A DNA stretch of 64,000 nucleotides from an uncultured Alphaproteobacteria bacterium (GTDB lineage: Bacteria; Pseudomonadota; Alphaproteobacteria; Acetobacterales; Acetobacteraceae), in assembly GCA_963719345.1 (NCBI GenBank), contig CAVRCA010000009.1:46029-110028 (forward strand), written 5' to 3'. This document shows, in pieces, positions 8,710 through 17,630 of this stretch. How positions within the stretch are numbered: position 1 is the first letter of the stretch; each line of letters starts with the position of its first letter. The notes beneath the pieces are model-generated. The model ran no database searches. It was not told where the DNA came from and saw only the letters and a program-made list of their open reading frames with translations. A program made the position numbers and the translations under genes.

Positions 8710-9498
8710 TCAGCGGCTCGGATGCGGCTGGTCTGCCATTAGCCGGGAAAGTGTCGGTTCGATCACGCCGGCCAGCCTCTCCTGCGCCTGCGCGGTGGGA
8801 TGCAGCGGCGGCTCCGGGGGAGTGAGCAGCGGGTCGAAATAGAGGCTCCGGTCAAGTCGGCCATTCCGCATGAACAGGGACGTCACATCAAAAAACGTCG
8901 GGTCCCCACCAGAAGGGTAGCGCGAAGCGAGCGCGCGGTTGATCGCCACCGTGGTGTCGCTGGCCCAAGCCGACCGCTCGCTCGGCAGCACGCTCAACAA
9001 CAGCAGCTTGGTTTGCGGCAGACGGCGGTGCAACTCGTCGATGTTGGCGGCAATACCGGTGGTGGTGGCCTCGGCTGACCAGTGCACCCGACCGAGATTG
9101 TTGGCGCCGATCAGGACGACCGCGACCTTGGGCGCGATGCCGTCCACCTCGCCGTTGCGGATGCGCCATAACAGGTTGGCCGTCGTGTCGCCCTTGAAGC
9201 CGAGATTGACCGCGTTGCGATCGCCATAGAAGCGGTTCCACCCGGGTCTGAAATCCGCCCAGTCCGGGGGACCGACGCGCTCCCAGTCCTCGGTGATCGA
9301 GTCGCCGAGGAAGATCAGGTCGACCCTGCCTTGGCGCAGCCGTTCGAGCGCGGCGAGGTGCCGGGCGCGCCACCAGGGAAGGTCGAGGCGCGAGATCGGG
9401 GTAGCGGCGAGCGGCTCGTGCGAGTGGGTGCTCGGCGCGGCGGCAAGGAGCGGGAGCGCTGCGGCGAGCGTCAGTGCGAGGCGGCGCAGGCTTGTCAC
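8710..9498 (-). CDS. Secreted SGNH/GDSL-type hydrolase (PAF-acetylhydrolase-like esterase)
   Basis: Signal peptide MTSLRRLALTLAAALPLLAAAP. Block I is FLGDSITE, followed by GFKGDTT and GANN. The GTG start overlaps the stop of the upstream CoA-transferase gene (GTGA). Confidence 0.8.
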   Translation of the reverse strand: MTSLRRLALTLAAALPLLAAAPSTHSHEPLAATPISRLDLPWWRARHLAALERLRQGRVDLIFLGDSITEDWERVGPPDWADFRPGWNRFYGDRNAVNLGFKGDTTANLLWRIRNGEVDGIAPKVAVVLIGANNLGRVHWSAEATTTGIAANIDELHRRLPQTKLLLLSVLPSERSAWASDTTVAINRALASRYPSGGDPTFFDVTSLFMRNGRLDRSLYFDPLLTPPEPPLHPTAQAQERLAGVIEPTLSRLMADQPHPSR

Positions 9499-10682
9499 GC
9501 TCCCGTAATCTCGGCGATCTCCGCCTCACCATAGCCGGCTTCTCGCAGCACCTCCGTCGTGTGCTCGCCGAGGCCGGGCGGCAGGCGACGGATCGAGGGC
9601 GGCGAGGCGGAGAAGGCGGCCGGAACCGCGGTCAGGACCGTGCGGCCGTTGGTCGGGTGATCGACTTCCTGGAAAAAGCCGGTTTCGCGCAAATAGGGAT
9701 TGTCCAGCAACTCCGGCAGGGTGCCGGCCTCGCCACAGGGGATATCGGCTCGCTGCAGGATGTCCAGCCACTCGGCGGTGGTGCGAGACTGCATCCCTTC
9801 CGTCAGCACGGCATAGACGGCGTCCACGTTCTCCGTGCGCGCGCCGATGCTGGCGAAGCGCGAATCCTCGATCAGCTCGGGGCGGCCGATCGCCGCGAAG
9901 ATGCGCGCCCACTGGATGTCGCTCACGGCAATGACCGAGACGTACCCATCCCTGGTCCGATAGGGCCGGCGATGTGGCGTCAGCATCCTGGGGTAGCCCA
10001 TGCCCCGTTCGGGCTCGCCGATCGCCGCACCCCAGAGGTGCTCGACCAGCATGAAGTTCAGCATCGTCTCCATCATCGGCACATGCACTTCCTGGCCCTC
10101 GCCGGTGCGCTCCCGGTGGAACAGAGCCATGCCGATCATCGAGGCCAGCATGTGTCCGCTCACCTTGTCGGCGGCGACGGTCGGAAAGTAGCGCGGCGCG
10201 CCATCCGGCCCGGCGTTCAGCGAGGCCGTGCCGCTGAGCCCCTGGATCAGATCGTCATAGGCCGGGCTGTCCTGCAGCGAGCTGCCTTTGCGAAACCCGC
10301 TCGCGCAGGCCAGGATGACGCGCCGGTTCTGCGCGGCGAGGCTGGCGTAGTCGAGCCCGAGCCGCTCGGCGGCACCCAGCCGCATGTTGTGCACCACGAC
10401 GTCCGCCGCCGCGATCAGCCGGTCCAGCGCCGCGCGGGCCGGCTTGCGCTTGAGGTCAAGCACGATGCTGCGCTTGTTGCGGTTCAGTGCGACGAAGTAG
10501 GCGCCCATGTCCGGGGCGCGCGAAGGGCCGATATGCCGGCAATTGTCGCCGGCCGGGGTCTCCACCTTGATCACGTCGGCGCCCATGTCGCCGAGGATCT
10601 GGGTCGCGAACGGGCCAAGCACCACGGTCGTCAAATCGACGACGCGGATACCGGCGAGCGGGCCGCGGTTTTCGTCCGTCAT
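9495..10682 (-). CDS. CoA-transferase family III (CaiB/BaiF-like)
   Basis: GIRVVDLTTVVLGPFATQILGDMGADVIKVE is characteristic. Start chosen at MTDENRG (10682) so the gene does not overlap uppP; the tracked ORF extends to 10742. Confidence 0.85.
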   Translation of the reverse strand: MTDENRGPLAGIRVVDLTTVVLGPFATQILGDMGADVIKVETPAGDNCRHIGPSRAPDMGAYFVALNRNKRSIVLDLKRKPARAALDRLIAAADVVVHNMRLGAAERLGLDYASLAAQNRRVILACASGFRKGSSLQDSPAYDDLIQGLSGTASLNAGPDGAPRYFPTVAADKVSGHMLASMIGMALFHRERTGEGQEVHVPMMETMLNFMLVEHLWGAAIGEPERGMGYPRMLTPHRRPYRTRDGYVSVIAVSDIQWARIFAAIGRPELIEDSRFASIGARTENVDAVYAVLTEGMQSRTTAEWLDILQRADIPCGEAGTLPELLDNPYLRETGFFQEVDHPTNGRTVLTAVPAAFSASPPSIRRLPPGLGEHTTEVLREAGYGEAEIAEITGA

Positions 10683-10707
10683 CGGGCGGCTTTCCGAACC
10701 GTGTGGG

Positions 10708-11547
10708 TCACGCGACGAGATACAGCACGGCCAGGCTGCCAAGGCCGAACACGATGCAGTAGTAGGCGAACGGGTTCAGCGCCCAGGCATCATTGGTGCG
10801 GAAGTAGCGCATCAGGAAGGCGGTGCTCGCGAACGCGGTCACGCCGGCCAGGATCGCGGCGACGACGGAGAGCTGGAGCACGCCCGGCGCGATGTCCTCG
10901 TGCAGCAGCTTGGGCAGTTCCAGTACGGTCGCGCCGAGGATGACCGGCGTGGCGATCAGGAACGAGAAATGGGCGGCGCCCTCATGCCCGACGCCACGCA
11001 GCAGCCCGCCGACGATGGTGGCGCCGGAGCGGGAAATGCCGGGGATCAGCGCGAGGCATTGCCAGCAGCCGATTATCAGTGCGTCGATGGCGGTGAGGCT
11101 GGACAGCGGCCGGCTGCGTGCCGCGCCGCGCAGCCGCTCACCGAACAGCAGCATCGCGCCGTTCACGACCAGGAACACCGCCGCGACCACGGGCGAGCCG
11201 AACAGCGTGCGCAGGAATTTTTCAAGCAGGAAGCCGACGATCACGGCGGGAATGGTCGCGAGGACCACGAGCACGAACACCCTCCGGCTCTCCTTGACCT
11301 TGTGGGGGGAGCCGATGCCGAGCACGCCCGAAAGCAGCGCCCACCAGTCTTTCCAGAAATAGAGCAGCAGGGCGGCGGCGGTGCCGAGGTGGAGGGTGAC
11401 CAGGAAAGGCAGGAAGGCGGCCGAACGCTGATCGATGCTCCAGCCGAGCAGCGGCGGTAGGACGACGGCATGGCCGAGGCTGCTGACCGGGAACAGCTCG
11501 GTCGCCCCCTGCAGGATGGCGATGACGATCGCTTGCAGCGTCGTCAT
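10708..11547 (-). CDS. uppP: Undecaprenyl-diphosphate phosphatase
   Basis: 279 aa, polytopic. N-terminal motif ILQGATELFPVSSLGH, and ISRSGATI later in the protein. Confidence 0.9.
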   Translation of the reverse strand: MTTLQAIVIAILQGATELFPVSSLGHAVVLPPLLGWSIDQRSAAFLPFLVTLHLGTAAALLLYFWKDWWALLSGVLGIGSPHKVKESRRVFVLVVLATIPAVIVGFLLEKFLRTLFGSPVVAAVFLVVNGAMLLFGERLRGAARSRPLSSLTAIDALIIGCWQCLALIPGISRSGATIVGGLLRGVGHEGAAHFSFLIATPVILGATVLELPKLLHEDIAPGVLQLSVVAAILAGVTAFASTAFLMRYFRTNDAWALNPFAYYCIVFGLGSLAVLYLVA

Positions 11548-11727
11548 GGCGCGCGGGCCTCGCAGCCGAGCGCTGCCGCCGGCGTTCGGTGCATCGCCAT
11601 TCGACGTATTCCCTTGGGTCCGGATTCCGCTGACCGCGTTGCCGCGGCCTGGTGTTCCTGGCCGAAAGCTTCGTCCATTGCAACCCGAACGCGACCGGCG
11701 GACAGCACCAGGCGGGAGGCCGGCGCG

Positions 11728-12828
11728 TCAGTCGTTCATGGGGTAGGACGCCATGAGCTGGCGCTGCCGACGCCACAGCCGGAACATCTCGGTGAGGCCG
11801 CACGGCCGGTAGCCGCGGGCCCGATTAGCCGCCCCGATGCGCCACGCCCAGCCGTAATGCACGAACTGGGCGCGCCACGCCGCCCGGAGCGTAGTGGCGG
11901 GGTCCCAGACGTGGGTCGCCTCCGACCCGGCGCCGTTGATCTCGATAATGCGAAACCCCTCGCCGCGGCGGAATGCGGCCAGCGATTCGAAGCGGACGTC
12001 GAACCGCCCGAAGTGGAATTCGGGCATAGCACGGGCGATCCGCTCGATGGCCTCGGTCAGCGCCGGGGTCGCCTCGCGCGTCGCGTCCTCGAACAGCGAC
12101 CCTTTGCAGTGATTGCCGACGAAGACGAGCCGGACCCGCTCGCCCTGGGCGGGAACGTCCGCCAGCCGAGCTGCCAGGCGCGGCAGATAAAGATGCGGGA
12201 CCAGGCCGGCGCGTGGGTCGGCCAACACGAGCTGCTGCAAGGTGGAACGGCCATCCCCGATCACGTAGGGCGCGTGCTTGAACGTGATCGAGGTGATCCG
12301 ACCCTGCGCCCGCCCAGGCTGGCGCACGTAGAAGATGCCGGCCTCGCCTTCCTCCGGTGCGAACGCCTGCAGCATGAGCCGGCAGCCGCCGGGGAACTCG
12401 CGGAGGTAGCGCGCCAGTCCGGCTTGGTCCTCGATCAGCCGAACGCCGGTCCCGTTGCAGCCGATGTCGGGCTTGGCGACCACCGGCCAGTCGATCGCCG
12501 CAGCGCGCAGCTGCCGCTCCGCCTGCGCGAGCGCCTGCTCCGGAGTACCGGTCACTTCGAGGCTCGTGTAGGGAACCAGCCGGGAGCGTTCGCCCACGCC
12601 GACCTGATCGAGGATCGATATTTTCGACTCGCCGCACAGGCCGCCGGCGGTGATCCGCGGGTTGGCCGCCGTCGGCAGGCTCATGTCGCCGTAACGCAGC
12701 CCGAGCGCGATCCACTGCACGACGATCGGGGTGTAGAACATCCAGGACGGCCAGAACTCGAAATGCGAGACAGGCTTGTCCTGCGCGACCGCCGGCTGGG
12801 CGGTGCCGAGCGCCGTTTCGACCGTCAT
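11728..12828 (-). CDS. ATP-grasp domain protein (carboxylate-amine ligase-like) with a hydrophobic N-terminal segment
   Basis: WPVVAKPDIGCNGTGVRLI and FRIIEINGAGSEATHVWD match ATP-grasp nucleotide-binding strands. The N-terminus FWPSWMFYTPIVVQWIALGL is hydrophobic. Confidence 0.65.
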   Translation of the reverse strand: MTVETALGTAQPAVAQDKPVSHFEFWPSWMFYTPIVVQWIALGLRYGDMSLPTAANPRITAGGLCGESKISILDQVGVGERSRLVPYTSLEVTGTPEQALAQAERQLRAAAIDWPVVAKPDIGCNGTGVRLIEDQAGLARYLREFPGGCRLMLQAFAPEEGEAGIFYVRQPGRAQGRITSITFKHAPYVIGDGRSTLQQLVLADPRAGLVPHLYLPRLAARLADVPAQGERVRLVFVGNHCKGSLFEDATREATPALTEAIERIARAMPEFHFGRFDVRFESLAAFRRGEGFRIIEINGAGSEATHVWDPATTLRAAWRAQFVHYGWAWRIGAANRARGYRPCGLTEMFRLWRRQRQLMASYPMND

Positions 12829-12889
12829 GCCGGCCCCGTCGGCGAGGCGTCCGCTTCCGGGCCGCTCCGTGGGCCGTTCGCCGGGCCGC

Positions 12890-13468
12890 TCACTGAGGGG
12901 CGCCCTGCAGTCGGGTGGCGACCCGGCCGACGACGAAGAGGGTCACCGCGAACCCGGCCGCACCCGCCCAGCGCCAGGCGCCGAAATGATCGATGAGCAC
13001 CTGACCGATCCGGAGCGAAACCGCGAACAGCAGGGTGGTCCAGACCAGGGTCGCCGCGATTGCCGCCAAGGTGAACTGCCGGAAGTCGGCCCGCAGGAAG
13101 CCGCAGGCCGTGTAGGCGGGCAGCCGCATGCCCGGCAGGAACCGGCTGATCAGCACGACCCGAAACACGCGGCCCCGCACCCACTCGCCGAGCGCGCGCG
13201 AGCGCTCGGGCGGGACCAGCCGGGCGATCCAGCCGATACGGCTCGACAGGCGGCCGAGACCGTAAAGCCCCAGATCACCGAGCACGACGCCCGCATAGAG
13301 CGCGACCAGCGCCACCCAAACGGCGATGCCGCCCTCGTCGGCCCGCATGGCGGCGAGCACCGTCGCGGCGTCCTCCAGGACGAATGTGCCAAGGATGATC
13401 GCCACTGCCTGGGCAAGGGGACTCGTGCCGGCCAGCTTGAGGAGGATGACGAGGGAGTTGCCGACCAT
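12890..13468 (-). CDS. DedA/VTT-domain family membrane protein
   Basis: 192 aa with several TM segments. LEDAATVLAAM...GDLGLYGLGR...ISRFLPGMRLPAY resembles the VTT/SNARE-associated core. Confidence 0.65.
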   Translation of the reverse strand: MVGNSLVILLKLAGTSPLAQAVAIILGTFVLEDAATVLAAMRADEGGIAVWVALVALYAGVVLGDLGLYGLGRLSSRIGWIARLVPPERSRALGEWVRGRVFRVVLISRFLPGMRLPAYTACGFLRADFRQFTLAAIAATLVWTTLLFAVSLRIGQVLIDHFGAWRWAGAAGFAVTLFVVGRVATRLQGAPQ

Positions 13469-13634
13469 TCCGCCCGGACGAAGTGAGATCGCGTTACAAG
13501 GCTCTCCCGAGACCGGGGTTCGGCCGGAAGACGATCAGCACCCTGTGATAGCCTCGCCGGGTTTGACCGCGCAAGAGGCCGCCATTTAAGCTGAAATCGC
13601 TCCGCGGATCGGGGCGCAGGGGGCAAGAGCGCGG

Positions 13635-14579
13635 ATGAGCGGGCACCACCACGCCCTCGGCCACGACCATGCCGGCCCGTCGCACGGCGACCACCATCAC
13701 GGCCCCGGTTCGTACGACCGCGCGTTCGCGGTTGGGGTGTTTCTGAACGCGGCGTTCGTCGTGGCCGAGATCGGGTTCGGCCTGGCCGCCAATTCGGTCG
13801 TTCTGGTCGCCGACGCCGCGCACAATCTGGGCGATGTGCTCGGGTTGCTGCTCGCTTGGGGGGCGAGCTGGCTGGCGCGTCGGCCGCCCACGCCACGGCG
13901 GACCTATGGCTGGGGCCGCAGCTCGATCCTTGCCGCGCTGGTGAACTCGGTGGTGTTGCTGGTCAGCGTCGGCGCCATCGCCTTCGAGGCCGCGCGTCGC
14001 CTCTTCCATCCCGAGCCGGTCGGCGAACTTACCGTGACCGGCGTCGCGGCGGCCGGCATCGTCGTCAATGGCGTCACGGCTTGGCTTTTCATGCGCGGGC
14101 GCAAGGACGACCTCAACATCCGCGCGGCGTTCCTGCATCTAGCCGGCGATGCGGCGGTCTCCGCCGGCGTGGTACTCACCGGTCTGCTGATCGCGCTCAC
14201 CGGCTGGTTCTGGCTCGACCCGCTGGCGAGCCTCGCCATCGCGGCGGTGATCCTGCTCAGCACCTGGGGCGTGCTGCGCGATGCCGCCGATATGGCGATG
14301 GACGCGGTGCCCGGCGGGGTCAGGCCCGAGGCGGTCGAGGACTACCTGCGGCGACTGCCGGGCATCGTCGAGGTGCATGACCTGCACATCTGGGCCTTGA
14401 GCACCACCGAGACGGCGCTGACGGCCCATCTCGTCTCCGTGCGCGAACGGGATCGCGACAGCCTGAGCGGGATTGCGGCCGAAATCCGCCAGCGCTTCCG
14501 CATCGGACACACGACCTTTCAGGTCGAGACCATCGCGGATGCGGAAGCTTGCGAACTGCGCCCGCACCACGTCGTGTAA
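13635..14579 (+). CDS. czcD: Cation diffusion facilitator family Zn/Co/Cd efflux transporter
   Basis: His-rich N-terminus HHHALGHDHAGPSHGDHHH. Also LVADAAHNLGDV, HLAGDAAVS, and a C-terminal cytoplasmic domain containing VHDLHIWALS. Confidence 0.9.
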   Translation: MSGHHHALGHDHAGPSHGDHHHGPGSYDRAFAVGVFLNAAFVVAEIGFGLAANSVVLVADAAHNLGDVLGLLLAWGASWLARRPPTPRRTYGWGRSSILAALVNSVVLLVSVGAIAFEAARRLFHPEPVGELTVTGVAAAGIVVNGVTAWLFMRGRKDDLNIRAAFLHLAGDAAVSAGVVLTGLLIALTGWFWLDPLASLAIAAVILLSTWGVLRDAADMAMDAVPGGVRPEAVEDYLRRLPGIVEVHDLHIWALSTTETALTAHLVSVRERDRDSLSGIAAEIRQRFRIGHTTFQVETIADAEACELRPHHVV

Positions 14580-14605
14580 TCACCGCGAGAGTTGGGACAC
14601 CAGCC

Positions 14606-15358
14606 ATGGACCTGCAACTCGGCGATAAAACCGCTTTGGTGACCGGGGCCAGCATGGGCATCGGCCGGGCCATCGCGCGGGGTCTCGCCGCCGAGGGCGT
14701 GCGGGTCGCCGCAGTCGCGCGGCGCGAGGAGCTGCTGCGCACCCTCGCCGCGGAGATCGAGGCGGCCGGCGGGCCGGCCCCGGCGCTGATCGCCCAAGAC
14801 ATCATGGACGAGCACGCGGTGGCACGACTGCGAGAGGCCGCACAGGCGGCACTGGGCCAGGTCGACATCCTGGTCAACTGCGCCGGCGGCAGCCGCGTGC
14901 TGCCGGTCGACGCCCCCGAGGAGCGGTGGACCGAGGCAATGACCCTCAACTTCACCCGCCAGCGGCAGATCGCGCACGCGCTGCTGCCCGGCATGATCGA
15001 GCGGCGCTGGGGTCGCATTATCAACATCACCGGCAAGTCCGAGCCGGAACACCTCAACGCCGCCTTCGCCGCCAAGGCCGCCATGCACGCCTGGGCGAAG
15101 GGCCTGTCGCGCGAGGTGGGCCAGCACGGGATTACGGTCAACTCCATCCCGCCCGGGCGGATAATGAGTGAGCAGATCCGCCGCAACTACCCCGAGGACT
15201 ATCGTCGCGCCTTCGCCGAAGCCGAGATTCCGGTGCGCTATTGGGGCGAGCCGGAGGACTTGGCCGTGCTGGCGGTCTTCTTGGCCTCGCCCCTTGCCCG
15301 CTATATCACCGGGGCCGTCATTCCAGTCGACGGCGGCTTGCGGCGCTACCAGTTTTGA
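14606..15358 (+). CDS. SDR family protein with atypical active-site motif
   Basis: ALVTGASMGIGRAIA and ILVNCAGG are present. Where YxxxK is expected the sequence reads NAAFAAKAA. The ATG at 14606 follows the czcD stop. Confidence 0.8.
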   Translation: MDLQLGDKTALVTGASMGIGRAIARGLAAEGVRVAAVARREELLRTLAAEIEAAGGPAPALIAQDIMDEHAVARLREAAQAALGQVDILVNCAGGSRVLPVDAPEERWTEAMTLNFTRQRQIAHALLPGMIERRWGRIINITGKSEPEHLNAAFAAKAAMHAWAKGLSREVGQHGITVNSIPPGRIMSEQIRRNYPEDYRRAFAEAEIPVRYWGEPEDLAVLAVFLASPLARYITGAVIPVDGGLRRYQF

Positions 15359-15437
15359 GGGTGCATCCCGTCTGGGCTTGCCGCGTTAGGTTGCAGTCGT
15401 GCTAGTTCACTGCTGACGATCAACTAGGGAGTTCGCT

Positions 15438-15590
15438 ATGCGGAAGCGTTTGGCTTTTGGCCTATCGATGCTGATGTTGCTGGGTGCCTCGTCCATGCTC
15501 GTGGGCTGCAACACCACCGCCGGGGCCGGCAAGGATCTCTCCAATACCGGCAAGGTCATCACCAACCAGGCGGACAAGAACAAGCCCTGA
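15438..15590 (+). CDS. Entericidin EcnA/B-like small lipoprotein (50 aa; not in the ORF track)
   Basis: Translation: MRKRLAFGLSMLMLLGASSMLVGCNTTAGAGKDLSNTGKVITNQADKNKP. Lipobox LVGC. An aggga Shine-Dalgarno sits 7 nt upstream of the ATG; the tga stop is at 15588-15590. Confidence 0.75.
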   Translation: MRKRLAFGLSMLMLLGASSMLVGCNTTAGAGKDLSNTGKVITNQADKNKP

Positions 15591-15671
15591 TCGCCGGCTC
15601 GGACTACCCGCCACGCCGTCGGCCTGACCGGCCGGGGCGCGGCGGGAACCCGACAACCTTTGGAGAGCACC

Positions 15672-16526
15672 ATGAACCTCGGCCGGCTCGGCGTATGGTA
15701 TGCGGTCGACCGGCTCAAGGGCGACCAGGTCCGCCAATTCCTAAGCACCGTCGAGGGCCTGGGCTACGACGCGCTCTGGTACCCGGAGGCGCGGGGCTTC
15801 GAGTTGCTGTCGGTCGGCAGCTTCATGCTGGCCAATACGACCAAGCTCAAACTGGGCAGCTCGATCGCCAGCATCTATGCCCGTGATTTCTTCACTGCCC
15901 AGCGCGGGCTCATCACATTGCGCGATCTCTACGCGGACCGTTTCATCCTTGGCCTCGGGGTCAGTCACCTGCCGATGGTCGAGGGGCTCCGCGGACACCG
16001 CTACGAAAAGCCGGTGCCGGCAATGCGGGCCTACCTGGACGGGATCGCGCGCGACCAGACCGACGATCTGCCCGTCGCGGTCGCGGCGCTGGGGCCGAAG
16101 ATGCTGGCGCTCGCCGCGGAGCGCAGCCGGGGCGCGCTCCCGTACAACGTAACTCCCGAGCACACGGCACAGGCGAAAGCCATCCTCGGCCCGGCGAAAT
16201 GGCTCGCGGTGGAACAGAAGGTATGCCTCGAGACCGACCCGGCCCGCGCGCGGACGTTGGGCCGTGAGGAGCTGCGCCGCTACATGGGCTTGCCGAACTA
16301 CCGCAATAATTGGCTCCGCATCGGCTTCTCGGAAGCCGATCTGGCCGACGGTGGCAGCGACCAGTTCATCGACGGCATGGTCGCCTGGGGCGACGCGGCC
16401 ACCATCAAGGCCAAGCTGCGGGCGCATTTCGAGGCTGGTGCTACGCATGTCTGCGTGCAGCCGGTCCACGCTCCGGAGGATTTTGACGCCCGGGACGCGA
16501 CGCTCAAGGCACTGGCCGACACCTGA
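15672..16526 (+). CDS. Luciferase-like monooxygenase (LLM class, F420/flavin-dependent) oxidoreductase
   Basis: MNLGRLGVWYAVD...LGYDALWYPE...LGLGVSH...LPYNVTPEH is a typical LLM pattern. A ggagag Shine-Dalgarno precedes ATG 15672. Confidence 0.75.
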   Translation: MNLGRLGVWYAVDRLKGDQVRQFLSTVEGLGYDALWYPEARGFELLSVGSFMLANTTKLKLGSSIASIYARDFFTAQRGLITLRDLYADRFILGLGVSHLPMVEGLRGHRYEKPVPAMRAYLDGIARDQTDDLPVAVAALGPKMLALAAERSRGALPYNVTPEHTAQAKAILGPAKWLAVEQKVCLETDPARARTLGREELRRYMGLPNYRNNWLRIGFSEADLADGGSDQFIDGMVAWGDAATIKAKLRAHFEAGATHVCVQPVHAPEDFDARDATLKALADT

Positions 16527-16598
16527 CGGCAAGCGCCAATCACCCCTGACCCCGGCCCTCTCCCGCACGGTTGCGCGCGGGGGGGTTCCCGTGTCTCA

Positions 16599-17543
16599 TT
16601 GTCGCAGCGGGCACCCGAGGGGAGTCAGATCATGAACGACAATGCGATGTCCAATCGCTTCGACCGGACGCTTGAGGATCTCGGCAATGTCGTCGAGCTT
16701 GGTCATGTGAACGTCACGGTGCCGGACCAGCGGCTCGCGACGCTATTCTATATCAGCGGGCTTGGCCTGACCCGCGATCCCTATCTGATGACCGGGGTCG
16801 ACAACATGTGGGCCAATGTCGGCCGCGCCCAGTTCCATCTGCCGACCCGCGCGGCGCAGGTGGTGCGCGGCGTCACCGGACTGGTTCTCAACGATCGGGA
16901 GGCGCTGCTCAACCGCCTCGCCAACGTGCGCAAGCTCCTGGAGGGAACCAAGTTCTCGTTCAAGGAGACCGATGACGGGGTGGAGACGACCTGCCCATGG
17001 GGCAACCGCATCCGCTGTCATGCCCCCGACGAGGCTCGGTTCGGACCGCTGCGGGTCGGCATGCCGTACGTCGAGTTCGACGTGCCGCCCGGCTCGTTGG
17101 ACGGCATCGTGCGCTTCTATCGCGAGATCCTGGAAGGCACGGCCGGGATCGCGACCGACACCAAGGGCAAGCACGCCAGGGCCGTGGTCGGTGACGGCAA
17201 CGTGTTGATCTTCCGGGAGGCCGAGGTGGAACTGCCGGAGTTCGACGGACATCATATCCAGATCAGTCTGGTCGACTTCTCCGGGCCGCACCGGCGGCTT
17301 CTCGAACGTGGCCTGATCACCGAGGAGAGCGACCAGCACCAGTACCGTTTCCAGGACATCGTCGACCCGCAGGACGGGAAGGTCATCTTCACGGTCGAGC
17401 ATGAGGTGCGCAGCACCAAACACCCCATGTTCATGCGGCCGCTGGTCAACAGGGATCCGACGATCAACAACCGGAACTACAAGCCAGGGCACGAGGCGCT
17501 GCCCTGGTCGGTGTCGCATCGGGCTGCCGGGCAACTGCACTAG
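16599..17543 (+). CDS. Hypothetical protein, possibly VOC (glyoxalase/dioxygenase)-like fold
   Basis: Clean 314-aa ORF. GHVNVTVPDQRLATLFYISGLGL resembles a VOC beta-alpha-beta start. No confident family assignment; the start may be ATG 16632. Confidence 0.4.
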   Translation: MSQRAPEGSQIMNDNAMSNRFDRTLEDLGNVVELGHVNVTVPDQRLATLFYISGLGLTRDPYLMTGVDNMWANVGRAQFHLPTRAAQVVRGVTGLVLNDREALLNRLANVRKLLEGTKFSFKETDDGVETTCPWGNRIRCHAPDEARFGPLRVGMPYVEFDVPPGSLDGIVRFYREILEGTAGIATDTKGKHARAVVGDGNVLIFREAEVELPEFDGHHIQISLVDFSGPHRRLLERGLITEESDQHQYRFQDIVDPQDGKVIFTVEHEVRSTKHPMFMRPLVNRDPTINNRNYKPGHEALPWSVSHRAAGQLH

Positions 17544-17630
17544 ACTGTTTGCGGCTGACCCTGGCGGCCGGCGTCCGCCAGATGAAGGCGCAGAGGTGAA
17601 AAGGCGCCAGAGGTGAAAGAGGATCGACCG

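Noticed and set aside
9474-10943. 489-aa plus-strand ORF
   Set aside because: It is antisense to the CoA-transferase and uppP genes. Its composition is Arg/Ala/Gly-rich and low-complexity, as expected from the opposite strand of high-GC coding DNA, and it has no recognisable motifs.
15407-15748. 113-aa minus-strand ORF
   Set aside because: It overlaps the start of the LLM gene and the well-supported small lipoprotein gene on the other strand. It has no RBS or motif support.
16540-16590. Third copy of the ccctctcc palindromic element downstream of the LLM gene
   Set aside because: Only one arm (ccggccctctcccgc) is present. The complementary ggagaggg arm is missing and any hairpin is weak, so I do not count it as a family member.
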